Made by a program: the position numbers and the translations under genes
Part shown: positions 1 to 12,098 of the stretch, piece after piece
Layout of the letters: each line of letters starts with the position of its first letter
How positions within the stretch are numbered: position 1 is the first letter of the stretch
The notes under the pieces: generated by a model
The model's input: the letters and a program-made list of their open reading frames with translations, nothing else
Database searches by the model: none
What the model was told of the DNA's origin: nothing
NCBI RefSeq assembly: GCF_004010195.1
Contig: NC_057711.1
Location: 71,400,511 to 71,464,510, forward strand
Origin: Chiloscyllium plagiosum
Taxonomy: Eukaryota
DNA: 64,000 nt
Direction: 5' to 3'

Positions 1-29
1 AAGCTGGTCTCAGTCTGGGGTCTAACTTT

Positions 30-335
30 TCTAACATTACCATCATTTGGTGATGGGAGGGAGGCATTGCCTAGCAGTTGTGGAGTGTAAATGTCACATC
101 TCACTTATGGGTCCCAGCCTAGATGTTGTCCAGGTCTTGCTACATCATAACATAGACTGCTGTAGCATCTGAAAAGTGGCAAACAGTACTATACAGTGTG
201 CAATCACCTGTAAACATTCCTACTTCTAGGTGTAGTGGTAAAGGACATGTCATTGATAAAGGAATTGAAGGTGATTGGGTCAAGGACGAATTCTTACAAT
301 GATATCCCAGGTCTGTGCTGATTGGCCACAGATAA
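30..335 (-). mobile_element. Decayed RT fragment of the second LINE family (CR1/L2-like)
   Basis: Minus-strand ORF 140..403 contains LEVGMFTGDCTLYSTVCHFSDATAVY, which matches LEMGMFARDCTIFSIIRDSSDTEAVH at about 56490-56570. Confidence 0.7.
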
Positions 336-349
336 TCACAAACAATTTG

Positions 350-520
350 CTTTTTTGATAAAACAGAATTAGTTGAGAAAAGACATTTGTCGTAACTTTT
401 CATCTCGCACTCATCATGACATTTTGCAAGAATATCAAATGAAGGGGAAAACCAATATTTTCACTGCATGAACAGAAAGTGCTGGTTGTTTGCCAAGTTG
501 TCTCTGCAAGTGGAGAATGT
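350..520 (-). mobile_element. PLE terminal-repeat remnant with a degenerate hammerhead motif (family D)
   Basis: Reverse complement of 388-421 reads tgtc-aTGATGA-gtgcgagat-GAAA-agttac-gaca; the flanks tgtc/gaca pair and the first core C is mutated. Confidence 0.45.
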
Positions 521-2013
521 ATCCATTATTGCTAAGTGACAGCTAAATGTCAAGCTTTGCTTAAATCAGGGAAGTTGACTGTCAGGCAGTTTGAGCCATT
601 TTTTGCTGATGATGAGTGCTACCCCTGATAACATTACTGTTTAATTTGGCTTGCCCAGGGCATGTTATTTCACCCAATAATGTGCTTCTTGGCTCATTAT
701 CTGTGCAGGCAAATGTTATGTGAATCACATGGACAGCTAGTCTGAAGGTCTCACTACCAGTGAGGCTTTTGAGTTTGAAGGGTCTGGTGTGGTATTCAAT
801 GACCAGATGGACAGGAGTTCAAATGCTGCAAGCCAGAATATTCTCCTTGGCTTACAGTTCTTAACCCAACAGAAGAGATACCAGCAAAAGAGCCTCCCAT
901 AACTCCCTGCTTTGCAGAACATGCCCTAAATACTGGATCACCGAAACACAGGATAGCCTCTATCCAATATATAGAATCAAGAGACCATCATATCATACCC
1001 CTTCAGCCTAGGGTCATATAGCAGCACAGGTCAGCACAATTGAACCCCATAGGGAAACAAACACTGTTACTTACAGATTGCAGTGAAGGATGAATGTTGA
1101 GAACACTGAGGCTAAAGTAAGGTGTCAAGGAGGAGGCAGGACTTGTGATGTTTAAATGATGCAGGTTATGGAGAGATGAATGAATCTATGATGCTGTCCT
1201 CATGTTTAATGCAGATGCACAACTTTCCGCTCACTGTACTTTCATCACTGTGATAGAGGATACTCAAAAATAGCAATGGAACAGGGAGGGCTCACAGCAC
1301 TCAGAAGCACTGAAAGGATGTGAGGTAGGAATGACACAGAAGTAACATTCAGAAGATGAATGATAACTTGGTGGTTCCCATGTTGCAATGCATTCCTTAA
1401 TCTGATTCATATATCTTTGGCATGAGGATCATTCCGGTGCAAAGCTGCAGAGCCACGATGGAGTGGAAGTGCTCACTGTGTCACAGTCACTTTATCACTA
1501 AAGTTGGTCATGGACAAGGTTAGCATGGGCTCCTTCACTTCAGAAGTGAGGAAATCAGATTCACATTTGCCGGAACAACTGAACTTTTCATTGTGGAGAG
1601 TAAATTAACATTGACAACAAATAAATCAATTACCAATGTGGAAAACATCGGACATGGGGCTATCTGTCAACTGCTCAAATGAAATTATCATTTGCAAGTA
1701 CAAAGACTTCACCATGCTCAGACATCTGGAAGCGGGTGGTTAGAAGGTTCTCTCTGGCCTCTCGGACTTTCTGAAACACTATTCCATCGTCTTCTCTTTC
1801 ACAGTTCTTCTGACACATCTTAGGATCCTCACCCCCCCTCTTCTGGCTCAAAGGATTCTGTCATTCCTGCATCTTATCTTTATCTCACCCCTATTTGCTA
1901 ATTCAGACTGTGGAGTGAACAGTGCACCACTCCAGTCTGGGGGAACATCCTGTTGGCTATACTGCATGACACCACCCTTGGTCAAATCAAGGAGTGGACA
2001 TTCATATTCAGGA

Positions 2014-2145
2014 GGAGAAAGTGAGGACTGCAGATGCTGGAGATCAGAGCTGAAAATGTGTTGCTGGAAAAGCGCAGCAGGTCCGGCAGCATCCAAGGAG
2101 CAGGAGAATCGACGTTTCGGGCATAAGCCCTTCTTCAGGAATCAA
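2014..2145 (-). mobile_element. Short PLE-derived insertion (family A) with hammerhead motif and 15-bp TSD
   Basis: Near-identical to 48585-48713 and flanked by attcatattcaggag at 2000-2014 and 2146-2160. Confidence 0.85.
2107..2142 (-). ncRNA. Minimal type I hammerhead ribozyme motif
   Basis: Reverse complement reads attc-CTGAAGA-a-GGGC-ttat-GCCC-GAAAC-GTC-gatt, with intact core boxes and stem II. Confidence 0.75.
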
Positions 2146-2448
2146 ATTCATATTCAGGAGCCAATGGTTTGTTGTATGATGTGCGTGAGACCGAATATAT
2201 GATTATGTAATACAGACAAATGTTGAGGACGTTGATGACAAAACCAATGTGCACTGAGAGGAGCGAGGGCTTGTGATGTCCCAATTGTTCACCCCTTACA
2301 TGCACCTTCTGACAGAGATGGTGGAATCCGTGATGATTCCACACATTTCATGGGAGAAAGGTATGTCCTATCTCAGAGGTTGACAAAAGAACATTGATCA
2401 CTTCAGGCTGTGAGACAACAATTGTTGAACATTTCTAAAGAAAAATAT

Positions 2449-2552
2449 GTTCTGCAGAAGGGTCACAAGACCTGAAATGTTAACTCTGTTCTCCCTTCAC
2501 AGGAGATGCCCAGCTTGCTGAGGTTCTCCAGCTATTCCTGGTTCTATTTTGA
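2449..2552 (+). mobile_element. Short PLE-derived insertion (family B), decayed hammerhead
   Basis: gtt-ctgcaga-agggtcacaagacct-gaaatgtt-aac, homologous to 40697-40795; direct repeat tgaacatttc at 2426-2435 and 2557-2566. Confidence 0.7.
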
Positions 2553-2635
2553 TCGATGAACATTTCCGTCATTGTACAAAGCTCTGAAGAAAATGGGTGC
2601 ACAAAATTCAGCCATTGTACTTTGAGCATTGCTAC

Positions 2636-3393
2636 TGTTATGACATTGCAGTGAACCGTTATGTTAATTAAACCAAATACCCCAAAAAGCTACTTCGCCT
2701 CGTAAAATATTAGTGACAGGCAACTCCCAAATTCGTCTATTTAAGGAAAATAATATTAATTTATTCCTTAACTCTAAAAGTGAACGTTAAACAACAACTA
2801 TTCATAACTCTAAGCTCCCTTTCTCTTAATTGCTTATTATCTGCCTCCAACTCTATAACAATATACTGTTAAAAAAAAATTAAAATTACATCAAATTAAT
2901 TTCAAAACCATACCGTGGCTGACATCTCTGGTGTCTGTCTCCTTTCGGCTCAGTTGTCTCCTTTCTTTTTCTGCGAAGATGTTTCATATGAGAAAGGTAT
3001 CTTTGGTAGAGATTGTTTTTGAATGGCAGTCTTTCTTGATGGCAGTTACTCTCTCAATGGCAGTTCCTCTGTCTGACTTTCAAAATCCTGTCTTTTCATA
3101 CACCCAACATCGGATAATCTCATTGGTTTGGTGTTGGCAAAAACAGTAAATTTAAACTTGACTGGGTTTTAGTATCTGGGGGCATAATTTAAAATGCTTG
3201 GTTAGATTCAAATTGTTGTCAAAACAGCAACCAACTCAGGTATCTATTTCACAGCCAAATGTTACATATTTTCAAATTTCCAGTATACTCTGAGACTGCT
3301 AGTTAGTCATATGACAGGTGCTTGTCAGCTCTCAGTTCAGAACATCATTCACATTCTCTTAAAAGTACAGTACTCACTTTCAACTTCATAACA
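2636..3393 (-). mobile_element. Probable solo LTR (Gypsy-like)
   Basis: Starts TGTTATGA and ends TCATAACA (8-bp terminal inverted repeat, TG...CA). Flanks are ctac/ctgc (4-bp TSD, one mismatch). Minus-strand AATAAA near 2760. Confidence 0.65.
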
Positions 3394-3529
3394 CTGCAGA
3401 GGATGCTCAGGTATTGCAAGAGGACTGCTATCACTGGACACTGGAAATCAAACCCCTCTATTTCCAGAATCGTCACAGAAGTTAAAGATTTTATGAAAGT
3501 ATTCAGAATTCCCAATTTACCTATCTTTT

Positions 3530-3625
3530 AGAAAACATGGAAAATAGGTGCAGGAAGAGGAAATTCAACCCTTTGAGCCTGCACCACCATTCAATATAAT
3601 ATGGCTGATCATTCAACTCAGTACC
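3530..3625 (-). mobile_element. CR1-type LINE 3' end fragment
   Basis: Resembles the reverse-complement 3' tails at 4838-4930 and 13425-13520. Confidence 0.55.
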
Positions 3626-4837
3626 CTAAATACAAAGGTTTCTGTACTTAACAAGCATTTCTGATTATAAGAAACAAATTGACTCTAGCTACAGATAAAT
3701 AATTATGATGTATAACTTCAGTGTATGTTGATCCCCTTATAAAACTCCCCATTCACATACGAACAATCATACATACAGATAGTCACAATAAAAATATAGG
3801 CAGAGGGAAACATTGTCAAGGGAATTCAGTGTCCACTGGGTTTACTGAGATGATCCTTTTGATTTTTCAGGGCCTGCTACTCCTTGGTTTTCTTTGTCCA
3901 CATATTCCCCCTTGTTTGCAGAAGGAATAGGGTCACTTGTTTGGACTTATTACATCACTGATTATTGGATAAATGCAACAGCTTACACATCCTAATGATA
4001 GGAAATAACCTGGATTTCTTCCACGATGCGGTGGTTTTTAACTGCAGAGAAAGGACAACTCCTTCCTTTCAGGAGTTCTGAAAGCTTTTGAACTGAACAT
4101 TCACATGCACAAGGTGGTCAGCTACCTGGGAGCCAATCATATTACTGTTGGTGTCGATGTCTGGTCAGCATTCCCTAAGCCAATCAGCTACCTGTTGCTG
4201 CCTGAATCTCCCCTTGACTCCAGGTCACCTGTAACGGAACTTCCCTCACTACTTGACCAAATAGCTCTGTAAACAGCACTTGCAATAAATGTCAGGTAGC
4301 CTGCATTTAAAAAGTCCAACAATCATTTTCATAATCTTCAGTTTTTAAAACAGTCTCTTTTTCATTTCAGTCCACAATTAAAAATACAGAATAATAAATG
4401 AAATAATTATCTTTACAAGACTCATGGCACTCTGAAATATTGGAGTGATGTGATGTATAAATGCTCAGATGAAGTATTTTTAGGATGAAGGGCAACTTGA
4501 AAGACCTTTTGAGGGAGAGGTCTCCAGTGTCTTTGGAAAAGGACGATTTAGAACAAACATCCATGAGCATGATGTGATGGATTGCTTATTGCTTTATCGA
4601 CTAACGCTAGTTTAGGGTAAGATTTGCCTAGCCTCACTCACTTAGAGGGACATGAGATCATCACATCTGCATTTCAAAGATGTACCAACCATTTGGGTGT
4701 GTTGGATAACAATGAAAGCAATTAAATCAATTATCAATGTAGAGTACATCAGGCAAAAGACTGTCTGCCCACTGCACAAATTAAATTATAACTAACAATA
4801 TAGAAAGTGTCTACTCAGCTCAGTCATAACATACAAG

Positions 4838-6270
4838 CATAAGATCTAGGAGCAGGAGAAGGCAATTCACTCCCTCGAACCTGCTCTACTATTTAGCACA
4901 TCATGGCTGATCTCATCTCGCCTTCAACTCCACTTTTCTGCCCACTCCCACTCTCCATAACCTTTCAACCTGTTACTGATTAAAATCTATCTTCTCCTTA
5001 AATTTATTCAATGGCCCAGCATTCACCATAGTCTGGGGAATTAAATTCCACAGATTTATGAATCTTTGAGAGAAAAAAAATCCTTATCTCTGTTTTAAAT
5101 CTGTTACATCTTATCCTAAACCTATGACCTCTCATTCTAGATTGCCCTACATGAGGAAACATCCTTTCTGAGTCTGTTTTGTCAATTTCCTTTAGCATCA
5201 TATATAGCTCAATTCAATCTCCTCTTATTCTTCTAAATTCCAGAGAGTATGGGCCTAATCTGCTCAATCTCTCTTCATAAAATGAATCCTTCATCTCTGG
5301 AATCAAGATAGTGAATCTCCTCTGAACCGCCTCCAACACAACTACATCCCTCCTCTAGTATGGGGACCAAACTTTTGTGCAATACCCTAGATGTAGTCTC
5401 ATTAATGCCTCATACAGTTGCAGCAACACTTCCCTACTTTTATACTCTACTCTTTGACCAATAAATGCCAAAGCAATTTTTGAGAAGATTCATAGCTCAG
5501 GTTGATGATAAGTACGTAAATTAGCTCACTCTGCTGGAAGATTTGTTTTCAGATGTTTCGTCATCATCAGTGAGTGTCTCCGGTGCAGTGCTGGTGGTAT
5601 GTCCCGCCTCTCTATTTATAGGTCTTAGTTTCTTAAGGTGGGTGATGTCATTTCTGGTTCTTTTTTTCAAGGGAAGGTAGAAAGGGTCTAAATCAATGTG
5701 TTTATTGAAGGAGTTCTGGTTAGAATGCAATGCCTCTAAAACTTTTCATACGTGTCTTTGTTTCGCCTGTCCTAGGATGTGTGTGTTGCCCCAGTCAAAG
5801 TGGTGTCCTTCTTTGTCTATATTTTGGAAACTAGTAATATGGGTCACGTCTTTTGGTGACTAGTTGGTGTTTGTGTATCCTGATGGCAAGTTTCCTGCTT
5901 GTTTGTCCAACATCATTTACAAGATACTGTGCAAGAACTGTAAAAAACATTACATTGGACAAAGTATGGTGACAAAACATCTGAAAACAAATCTTCCAGC
6001 TCAGCGAGCTAACTTACATCCTTAATAAATGGCAAAATTTTGTTTACATTCTTTAATACCTGCAGACTAGTTTCTGCATTCATGCGCGAGAATAGCCAAA
6101 TCCTTCTGCACTGAAACACTCGGAAGTTCTTCTCCATTTAGATAATAAGCTGCCTTTCTAGTCCTCCAACCAAATGGATAACCTCACACTTATCTATTGC
6201 AAACTTCATCAGGCAAATTTTGACCCATTCACCTAACCTATCCATATCCAATTGTAAATTTCTGTCATCC
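4838..6270 (-). mobile_element. Decayed CR1-type LINE 3' part, split by a PLE at 5473-6023
   Basis: Minus-strand ORF 5004..5201 (RMFPHVGQSRMRGHRFRIR...FF) is a CR1 ORF2 C-terminus; similarity resumes after 6024. Confidence 0.8.
5473..6023. mobile_element. Penelope-like element 3' fragment (GIY-YIG region) with inversion
   Basis: Plus strand 5912-5965 encodes IIYKILCKNCKKHYIGQ; minus strand encodes HSNQNSFNKHIDLDPFYLPL. Inverted terminal segments; TSD aataaatgccaaa (5460-5472) / aataaatggcaaa (6024-6036). Confidence 0.85.
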
Positions 6271-6289
6271 TGGAAGCCTGTCACTAGAC

Positions 6290-6900
6290 GTTTTTCTCAG
6301 GCTCTTCACAACATTGTTCTGTCTTCTTCACTTTGTTTCCACTTCTGTTGCATTTCGGGATGCTCACCGTCAAATTCCTTCTCAGAGGATTCTTCTCAAT
6401 CCTGCATCTCCTCTTTTATCAAATATAGATTGTAAAAGGCCCAACAAAGCATAGGGCTGTGATGCAGGGCACCCTTTCTGCACTGTACTGCATGGCACTG
6501 CCTGACCAATCCAGGAAATGGAAACTCATCCTCAGGAGGCCTATGGGTTGTGCTATGAATCTGTATGTGTATGTGAGTGTCTAAGTAATTCTGTGAGTAT
6601 GCGAGTGTATGACTGAATTTTTATGAGTTCCTTGGATGCACTGATAAGTGGGGATTGTAAATGCTGGAGAGGTCTGCAGTTGGTCCCTGAAATAACCAGC
6701 ATGCAAAAATACTTAAATCAATTGTATCTTTGATGACTGGTGGGATAAGATAGTCAGCAAAGTTTCTCATCCAGCAGCTGAAATTGGTGTTACACCATGT
6801 CTCAGGACTTCCTTCATCTTCTGCACTGGGCCTCAGCCATTTGCAGAAAGCTGCAGCAAACTCTGTGGATCTGCTTCTGTATCAGAACTCTCCTCCTCCC
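6290..6900 (-). pseudogene. Decayed PIF/Harbinger transposase remnant
   Basis: Minus strand 6538-6425 reads LLRMSFHFLDWSGSAMQYSAEK...CWAFYNL (compare Harbinger LKxRFRCLDxSGGALQY...CCALHN). Near 6855-6805 it reads SFLQMAEAQCRR*R. Confidence 0.65.
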
Positions 6901-7630
6901 CTTTGGTGGATCTTGTCCTTCTGCTTCTCCCTCTGGATGCTGTTCAGAAGCTAGAAAGGGCAGCTGTTTATGTTGGGCCTGGAGAAAGTGTTCCCTGTGC
7001 TTGGGACTTGGCCAACTGGGAAGATGAGTTCCTTGTTCAATTGAGTTTTACTGATCTCAGAGATCACAAGGTGGTAATTAATGGGCAAAATGTACCCTAA
7101 TGATTACATCATGAGTGTATTTCAGAATATGGTTATCTCATTAAATGACTTCCAGATTAATTGTGAATTGAAAGTAGATGAAGAGCAATGTTTAACCAGT
7201 CCAGAAGTAATGACTATAATACAGAGGACCTGACATTGCAATGCTCCACTCTCTCCCCTTGGCGGTAATTCCCACTCTGGAGGTACTATTTTCATAACTT
7301 GCACAGATTGAGTTTCAGATCCATCTGCTAATGTTCCAACATTGCCTTTGATTAAGTGACCTGCAGGCCCTCCCACTGACTCATGATTCATCCTCCATTC
7401 CTCATAATGCTTATTGCTTTATAATCTCTGCAGTCCCAAAGTCCACTCAGCCATTTTCTGTTTTGATTGAGCCCTATTATATAACCATTAATGTGCCTGC
7501 TTTGCCCCAAAGCCCATGGCTCTAAAGGTTCAGATATCTTTGCTGACCCTGCACACTCTCTGCATTGAGATAAGTTTGACTGTGGCTTTCTTTAAACCCC
7601 CCCATATCAGAAGACCGTGCAATTCACTCT

Positions 7631-7958
7631 GATACACTAACAGGTATCACACAATTGTCTGTTATTGTCCCCTAAAACTGTAACCATTCTCTCAGCGACT
7701 GAAAATGAAGAGGCCAATCTCCAGACTTGAATTGCCTACAACCATGAGGGTGCCATGAACTTACCCCTGAAAAGGCTCTATATTGTGTGCAACTTGCCTT
7801 CAAACCCTCTAATTAACTGTAGCCCAGCACCCACAATGTGTTTGCAATAACCGCCCAAGTTACCAAACTGCAAGATACACTAACAGGTACCACACAATTG
7901 TCTGTTATTGCCCCCTAAAAGTGTAACTATTCCCTCAGCGACTAAAAACTAAGAGGCC
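7631..7958 (+). repeat. Spaced direct repeat of about 85 bp
   Basis: gatacactaacagg...aagaggcc at 7631-7715 and 7874-7958, with a handful of substitutions. Confidence 0.9.
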
Positions 7959-8178
7959 GCTTCAGTTGTAGTGATCCTATCGAAAGGAAGGAGAAGGAAG
8001 ATGGCCAGCACAGCTATTTTCTCATCTTTATTCAATCCAGAGCAGCCAACTCAACAGTTATGCACTTAGGGATAGTAATGTTGAATTTTTAAAGCATCAA
8101 GTTTCTTGATGGGGGTGGGATTGTACAATTAATAAAATGCAAATAGTTATTTTGCCATCTGACAGCAAAAGCTTGAAA

Positions 8179-8469
8179 TTAGATTATTTACAGTGTGGAA
8201 ACAGGCCCTTTGGCCCAACAAGTCCACACCGACCCTCCGAAGAGCAACCCACCCAGACCCATTCCCCTACACTTACCCCTGCTCCTAACACTACAGGCAA
8301 TTTAGCATGGCCAATTCACCTAACCTGCACATTTTTGGACTGTGGGAGGAAACCCACACAGACACAGGGAGAATGTGCAAGCTCCACACGGTCACCTGAG
8401 GCGGGAATTGAACCTGGGTCTCTAGCACTGTGAGGCAGTAGTGCTAACCACTGTGCCATCGTGCCACCC
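8179..8469 (-). mobile_element. HE1-type SINE
   Basis: Reverse complement of the element at 31789-32110, with a small internal deletion between ggaggaaacc repeats. Confidence 0.93.
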
Positions 8470-8577
8470 ACTAATTGCCATCCAAGGAGAGGGAACTTAG
8501 CTGCAACAGTTTTTCTCCACAGTGAGAATCTGACTTTTGGAGTTAAAACTGATTCAGTCATCATGCTCACCATTATT

Positions 8578-8748
8578 AATGATGTGGAGGTGCCGGTGTT
8601 GGACTGGGGTGGACAAAGTTAAAAATCACACGCCAGGTTATAGTCTAACAGGTTTATTTCAGAAGTGCTAGCTTTCAGAGTGCTCTGAAAGCTAGTACTT
8701 CCAAATAAACCTGTTGGACTATAACCTGGTGCTGTGTGGTTTTTTAAC
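8578..8748. mobile_element. Fold-back PLE-derived insertion (family C)
   Basis: Inverted arms 8618-8680 and 8683-8748, homologous to 40009-40091 and 50855-50925; direct repeat accattatt at 8569-8577 and 8747-8755. Confidence 0.85.
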
Positions 8749-8884
8749 CATTATTCACATCACTTCAGGAAGGGAGTAATAGTGGTGATTGTTACTGAAC
8801 TTCAGATCGAAACTGCAGCCGCCACCATTGCCCCAAAGGTAAATGCAATCTTTATGCAAAAGCTGCACATATTGCTTGGAGTTT

Positions 8885-9065
8885 AGAATTAGGATTAGAA
8901 AAAGATTTGGAATTAGGTTTTATTGTCACATGTACTCAAGTCTAGGGATACAAGAGTGCAATGCAAGTTTTCAATGTCAGCACTCTCAGCGCCATCTTAG
9001 GTACAAGGTACCTAGGTATAAAATCTTAGGTAAAGAGTAGAAAACTAATGAAATAAGTTAAAATT
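8885..9065 (-). repeat. Truncated copy of the dispersed element at 20136-20737
   Basis: Shares gaattag.tttattgtc.catg, atcttaggt.caa.ggtacct.ggta and an A-rich continuation with 20136-20280. Confidence 0.65.
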
Positions 9066-10404
9066 TCAACATATTCCTTTTCTTTAAACAACTAACCTAA
9101 TAAAATCTCTGTTATGCCTGCAGACAAGAAGATAACAATCTATGGTACTGTAGTAAAATAAAATTGGAGGGACCAGAAACCACATGCATTCTGCTATCAG
9201 TAGAAAAAGCAATTTCCACAACACATCAAGAATACAATATGCTTCTGAATCAAGTTACCAAACATTTGTTTTCCTTTCAATTCTTCACTTCCTGCACACA
9301 TAGTACACTGGCAGCTTATTGTCTCTTTTTCTGAGATCAACAAAAAGAACGTGTAGTTTACAATGTACGGATAACAGGAACACATATTATAAGTAAAGAA
9401 ATTGGTTTTATGTTAGCATTGATTTTTGTCCCTTCACTGATTGCGGTACAATACACGGTGAATAGCTTAAAGCAGCTACTGATGCCTGATGATTATCTCA
9501 CAAGGCAGGAGTGGCTGATACAGTACTGACTAATGAGTGGAGTAAATTTTCAACTGTCCATTGGGAACCAGGGGATTATTTTTTAATAAATTCTACAAAT
9601 TATTGTACTAAAAGAAACTTAAGCGCACTGATGCAATGATTGATGAAACAATCTAAGGTCAAAAAAGGTCAACCTTTGCTCAGCTGTGATTAAAGAAAAC
9701 TGAATATGAAGCCAATATGGTGTACACCTGCACAAAAAGCAGTAAGGCCCACTGGAAGCTACAAACTCAATTTTGTTGACAACAAAATCTATCTTTCTCT
9801 AGTCATTAAGCTACAGCGTTTATATTGATTCTGCCAAAAGGTCCAAACCCAGGAAATATTAGTGACTTGTAAATCAGACTTGATTGCTGCTTCATTCCTG
9901 TGAATATCTTTTTACAACTCACTACTTGAGTGAACCCATAGAATTAGTGAGTACATATTTGTGGATGTGCAGTTTTCTGCCATATAGCATTGGTATTGCC
10001 TGTAGAGATTGCAAGGTCTAAATTAAGACTGACTTTTTGAAGTCGGATGAAGAGCTGCCGTTACATTAAATACAGTTAATTTGTCTAATGGGTGTCATTC
10101 AGAATCAAAGGAGCTGCTCTCAGATATAAAGCTGATGGATTGAAATTTCAATCCACAAAAAGTGTGGTGAATAGGATTTAAGTCATCATTCCTTTTGTAC
10201 ACGAATAGAAGTATACAATTTTAGTCAGTTTGTTTTCTAAAAGCTGGGGTGCGCAAGGATGGACTAAATTGGTATAATGAATAATTGATGAACTGTGAAA
10301 ACATCGAAACAATGTTGCTCAAGTATCTAACCACACACATGGCTGGTGTAAATAATGTTCTGTGAATCACACCAGTGACAGAGAATAAAATTACACGTTG
10401 AAAC

Positions 10405-11580
10405 GGAGCCATTTGGATACAGACTGACTCGAGGTAGAAGACAGAGGCTGGTAGTAGAGGGTTGTTTTTCAGACTGGAGGCCTGTGTGACCAGTGATATG
10501 TCACAAGGATTGGTGCTGGGTCCACTACTTTTTGTCATTTATATAAATGATTTGGATGTGAACATAGGAGGTATAGTTAGTAAGTTTGTAGATGACACCA
10601 AAATTGGATTTGTAGTGGACAACGAAGAAGGTTACCTCAGAATACAACAGGACCTTGATCAGATGGGCCAATGGTCCGATAAGTGGCAGATGGAGTTAAA
10701 TTTAAATAAATACGAGGTGCTGCATTTTGGAAAGGCAAATCAGGGCAGGACTTATACACTTCCTGATGAAGTGCTTATGCCCGAAACATCAATCCTCCTG
10801 ATCCTTGGATGTTGCCTGACCACCTGTGCTTTTCCAGCACCACACTTTTTAATTCCCTATACATTTAATGGTAAGGTCCTCGGGAGTGTTGCTGAACAAA
10901 GAGACCTTGAAGTGCAGGTTTATAATTCCTTGAAAGTAGAGTCGCAGGTAGATAGGATAGTGAAGAAGGTGCTTTGTGTGCTTTCCTTCATTAGTCAAAG
11001 CATTAAGTATAAGAGTTGGGAAATCATGTTGTGGCTCTACAGGATATTGGTTAGGCCACTTTTGGAATATTGTGTGCAATTCTGGTCTCCTTCCTATCAG
11101 AAAGATGTTGTGAAACTTCAATGGTTCAGAAAAGATTTTTAAGGCTGTTGCCAGTGTTGGAGGATTTGAGCAATAGGGAGAAGGTGAATAGACTGGGGCT
11201 CTGTTCCCTGGAGTGTCGGAGGCTGAGAGGTGAGCTTACAGAGGTTTATAAAATAATGAGGGACATGGATAGGGTAAAAAGATGTGGAGTCCAGAACTAG
11301 AGGGCATAGGTTTAGGGTGAGAAGCAAAAATTTAAAAGGTACATAAGGGCAAATTTTTCATGTAGATGGTGGTGCATGTATGGAATGAACTGCCAGAGGA
11401 AGTGTTGGAGGCTGGTACAATTGCAACATTTAAAAGGCATCTAGATGGGTATATGAATAGGAAGGATTTTGAGGGATATGGGCCAAATGCGGACAAATGG
11501 GACTAGATTAATTCAGGATACCTGAATAAGTTGAACCAAAGGGTCTGTTTCCATGTTGTACATCTCCATGACTCTGTGAC
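10405..11580 (+). mobile_element. CR1/HER1-type LINE, RT domain to 3' tail
   Basis: QGLVLGPLLFVIYINDLD...KFVDDTKI...VRPLLEYCVQFWSP; ends in an actct-type tail; interrupted at 10760-10857. Confidence 0.95.
10760..10857 (+). mobile_element. Short PLE-derived insertion (family A) nested in CR1
   Basis: ttc-CTGATGA-agtgcttatgccc-GAAAC-atc; TSD tatacactt (10753-10761) / tatacattt (10858-10866); absent from the homologous CR1 site near 38550. Confidence 0.85.
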
Positions 11581-11682
11581 ACATATCGAAAATTAGATTT
11601 ACAGGCAATAATAACAGAATGCAGTAAGGAGCACTTCACACTGCTAATGGGCGCTATGTGAATTAGAGAGAGTTAAGAAAGA

Positions 11683-12098
11683 TCGTATGAGAAAAGGCTG
11701 AGGCACTTGGGGCTGTTTTCATTGGAGAAAAGAAGGTTTAGGGGTGACTTGATAGAGGTGTACAAGATGATTAGGGGTTTAGATAAGGTTGACCATGCGA
11801 ACCTTTTTCCACGTATGGAGTCAGCTATTACGAGGGGGCATAGCTTTAAATTAAGGGGGGGTAGGTATAGGACAGATGTTAGGGGTAGATTCTTTACTCA
11901 CCGAGTCGTGTGTTCATGGAATACCCTGCCAGTAGCAGTGATGGACTCTCCCTCTTTATGGGCATTTAAGCGGACAATGGATAGGCATATGGAGGATAGT
12001 GGGCTAGTGTAAATTAGGTGGGCTTGGATCGGCGCAACATCGAGGGCCAAAGGGCCGGTACTGCGCTGTATTTTTCTATGTTCTTTGTTCTATGTTCT
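11683..12098 (+). mobile_element. CR1-type LINE 3' end, second subfamily
   Basis: GLFSLEKRRFRGDLIEVYKM...TRGHSFKL...FFTHRVV; (ttctatg)n-like tail. Confidence 0.93.

Noticed and set aside
3630..4416. Possible second LTR-like element
   Set aside because: Composition is suggestive, but no paired termini or TSD could be identified.
10462..11142. 226-aa RT-like ORF with a novel 35-aa insert
   Set aside because: CR1 remnant; the insert is a 105-bp PLE-derived piece plus TSD that happens to keep frame, and the catalytic motif region is decayed.
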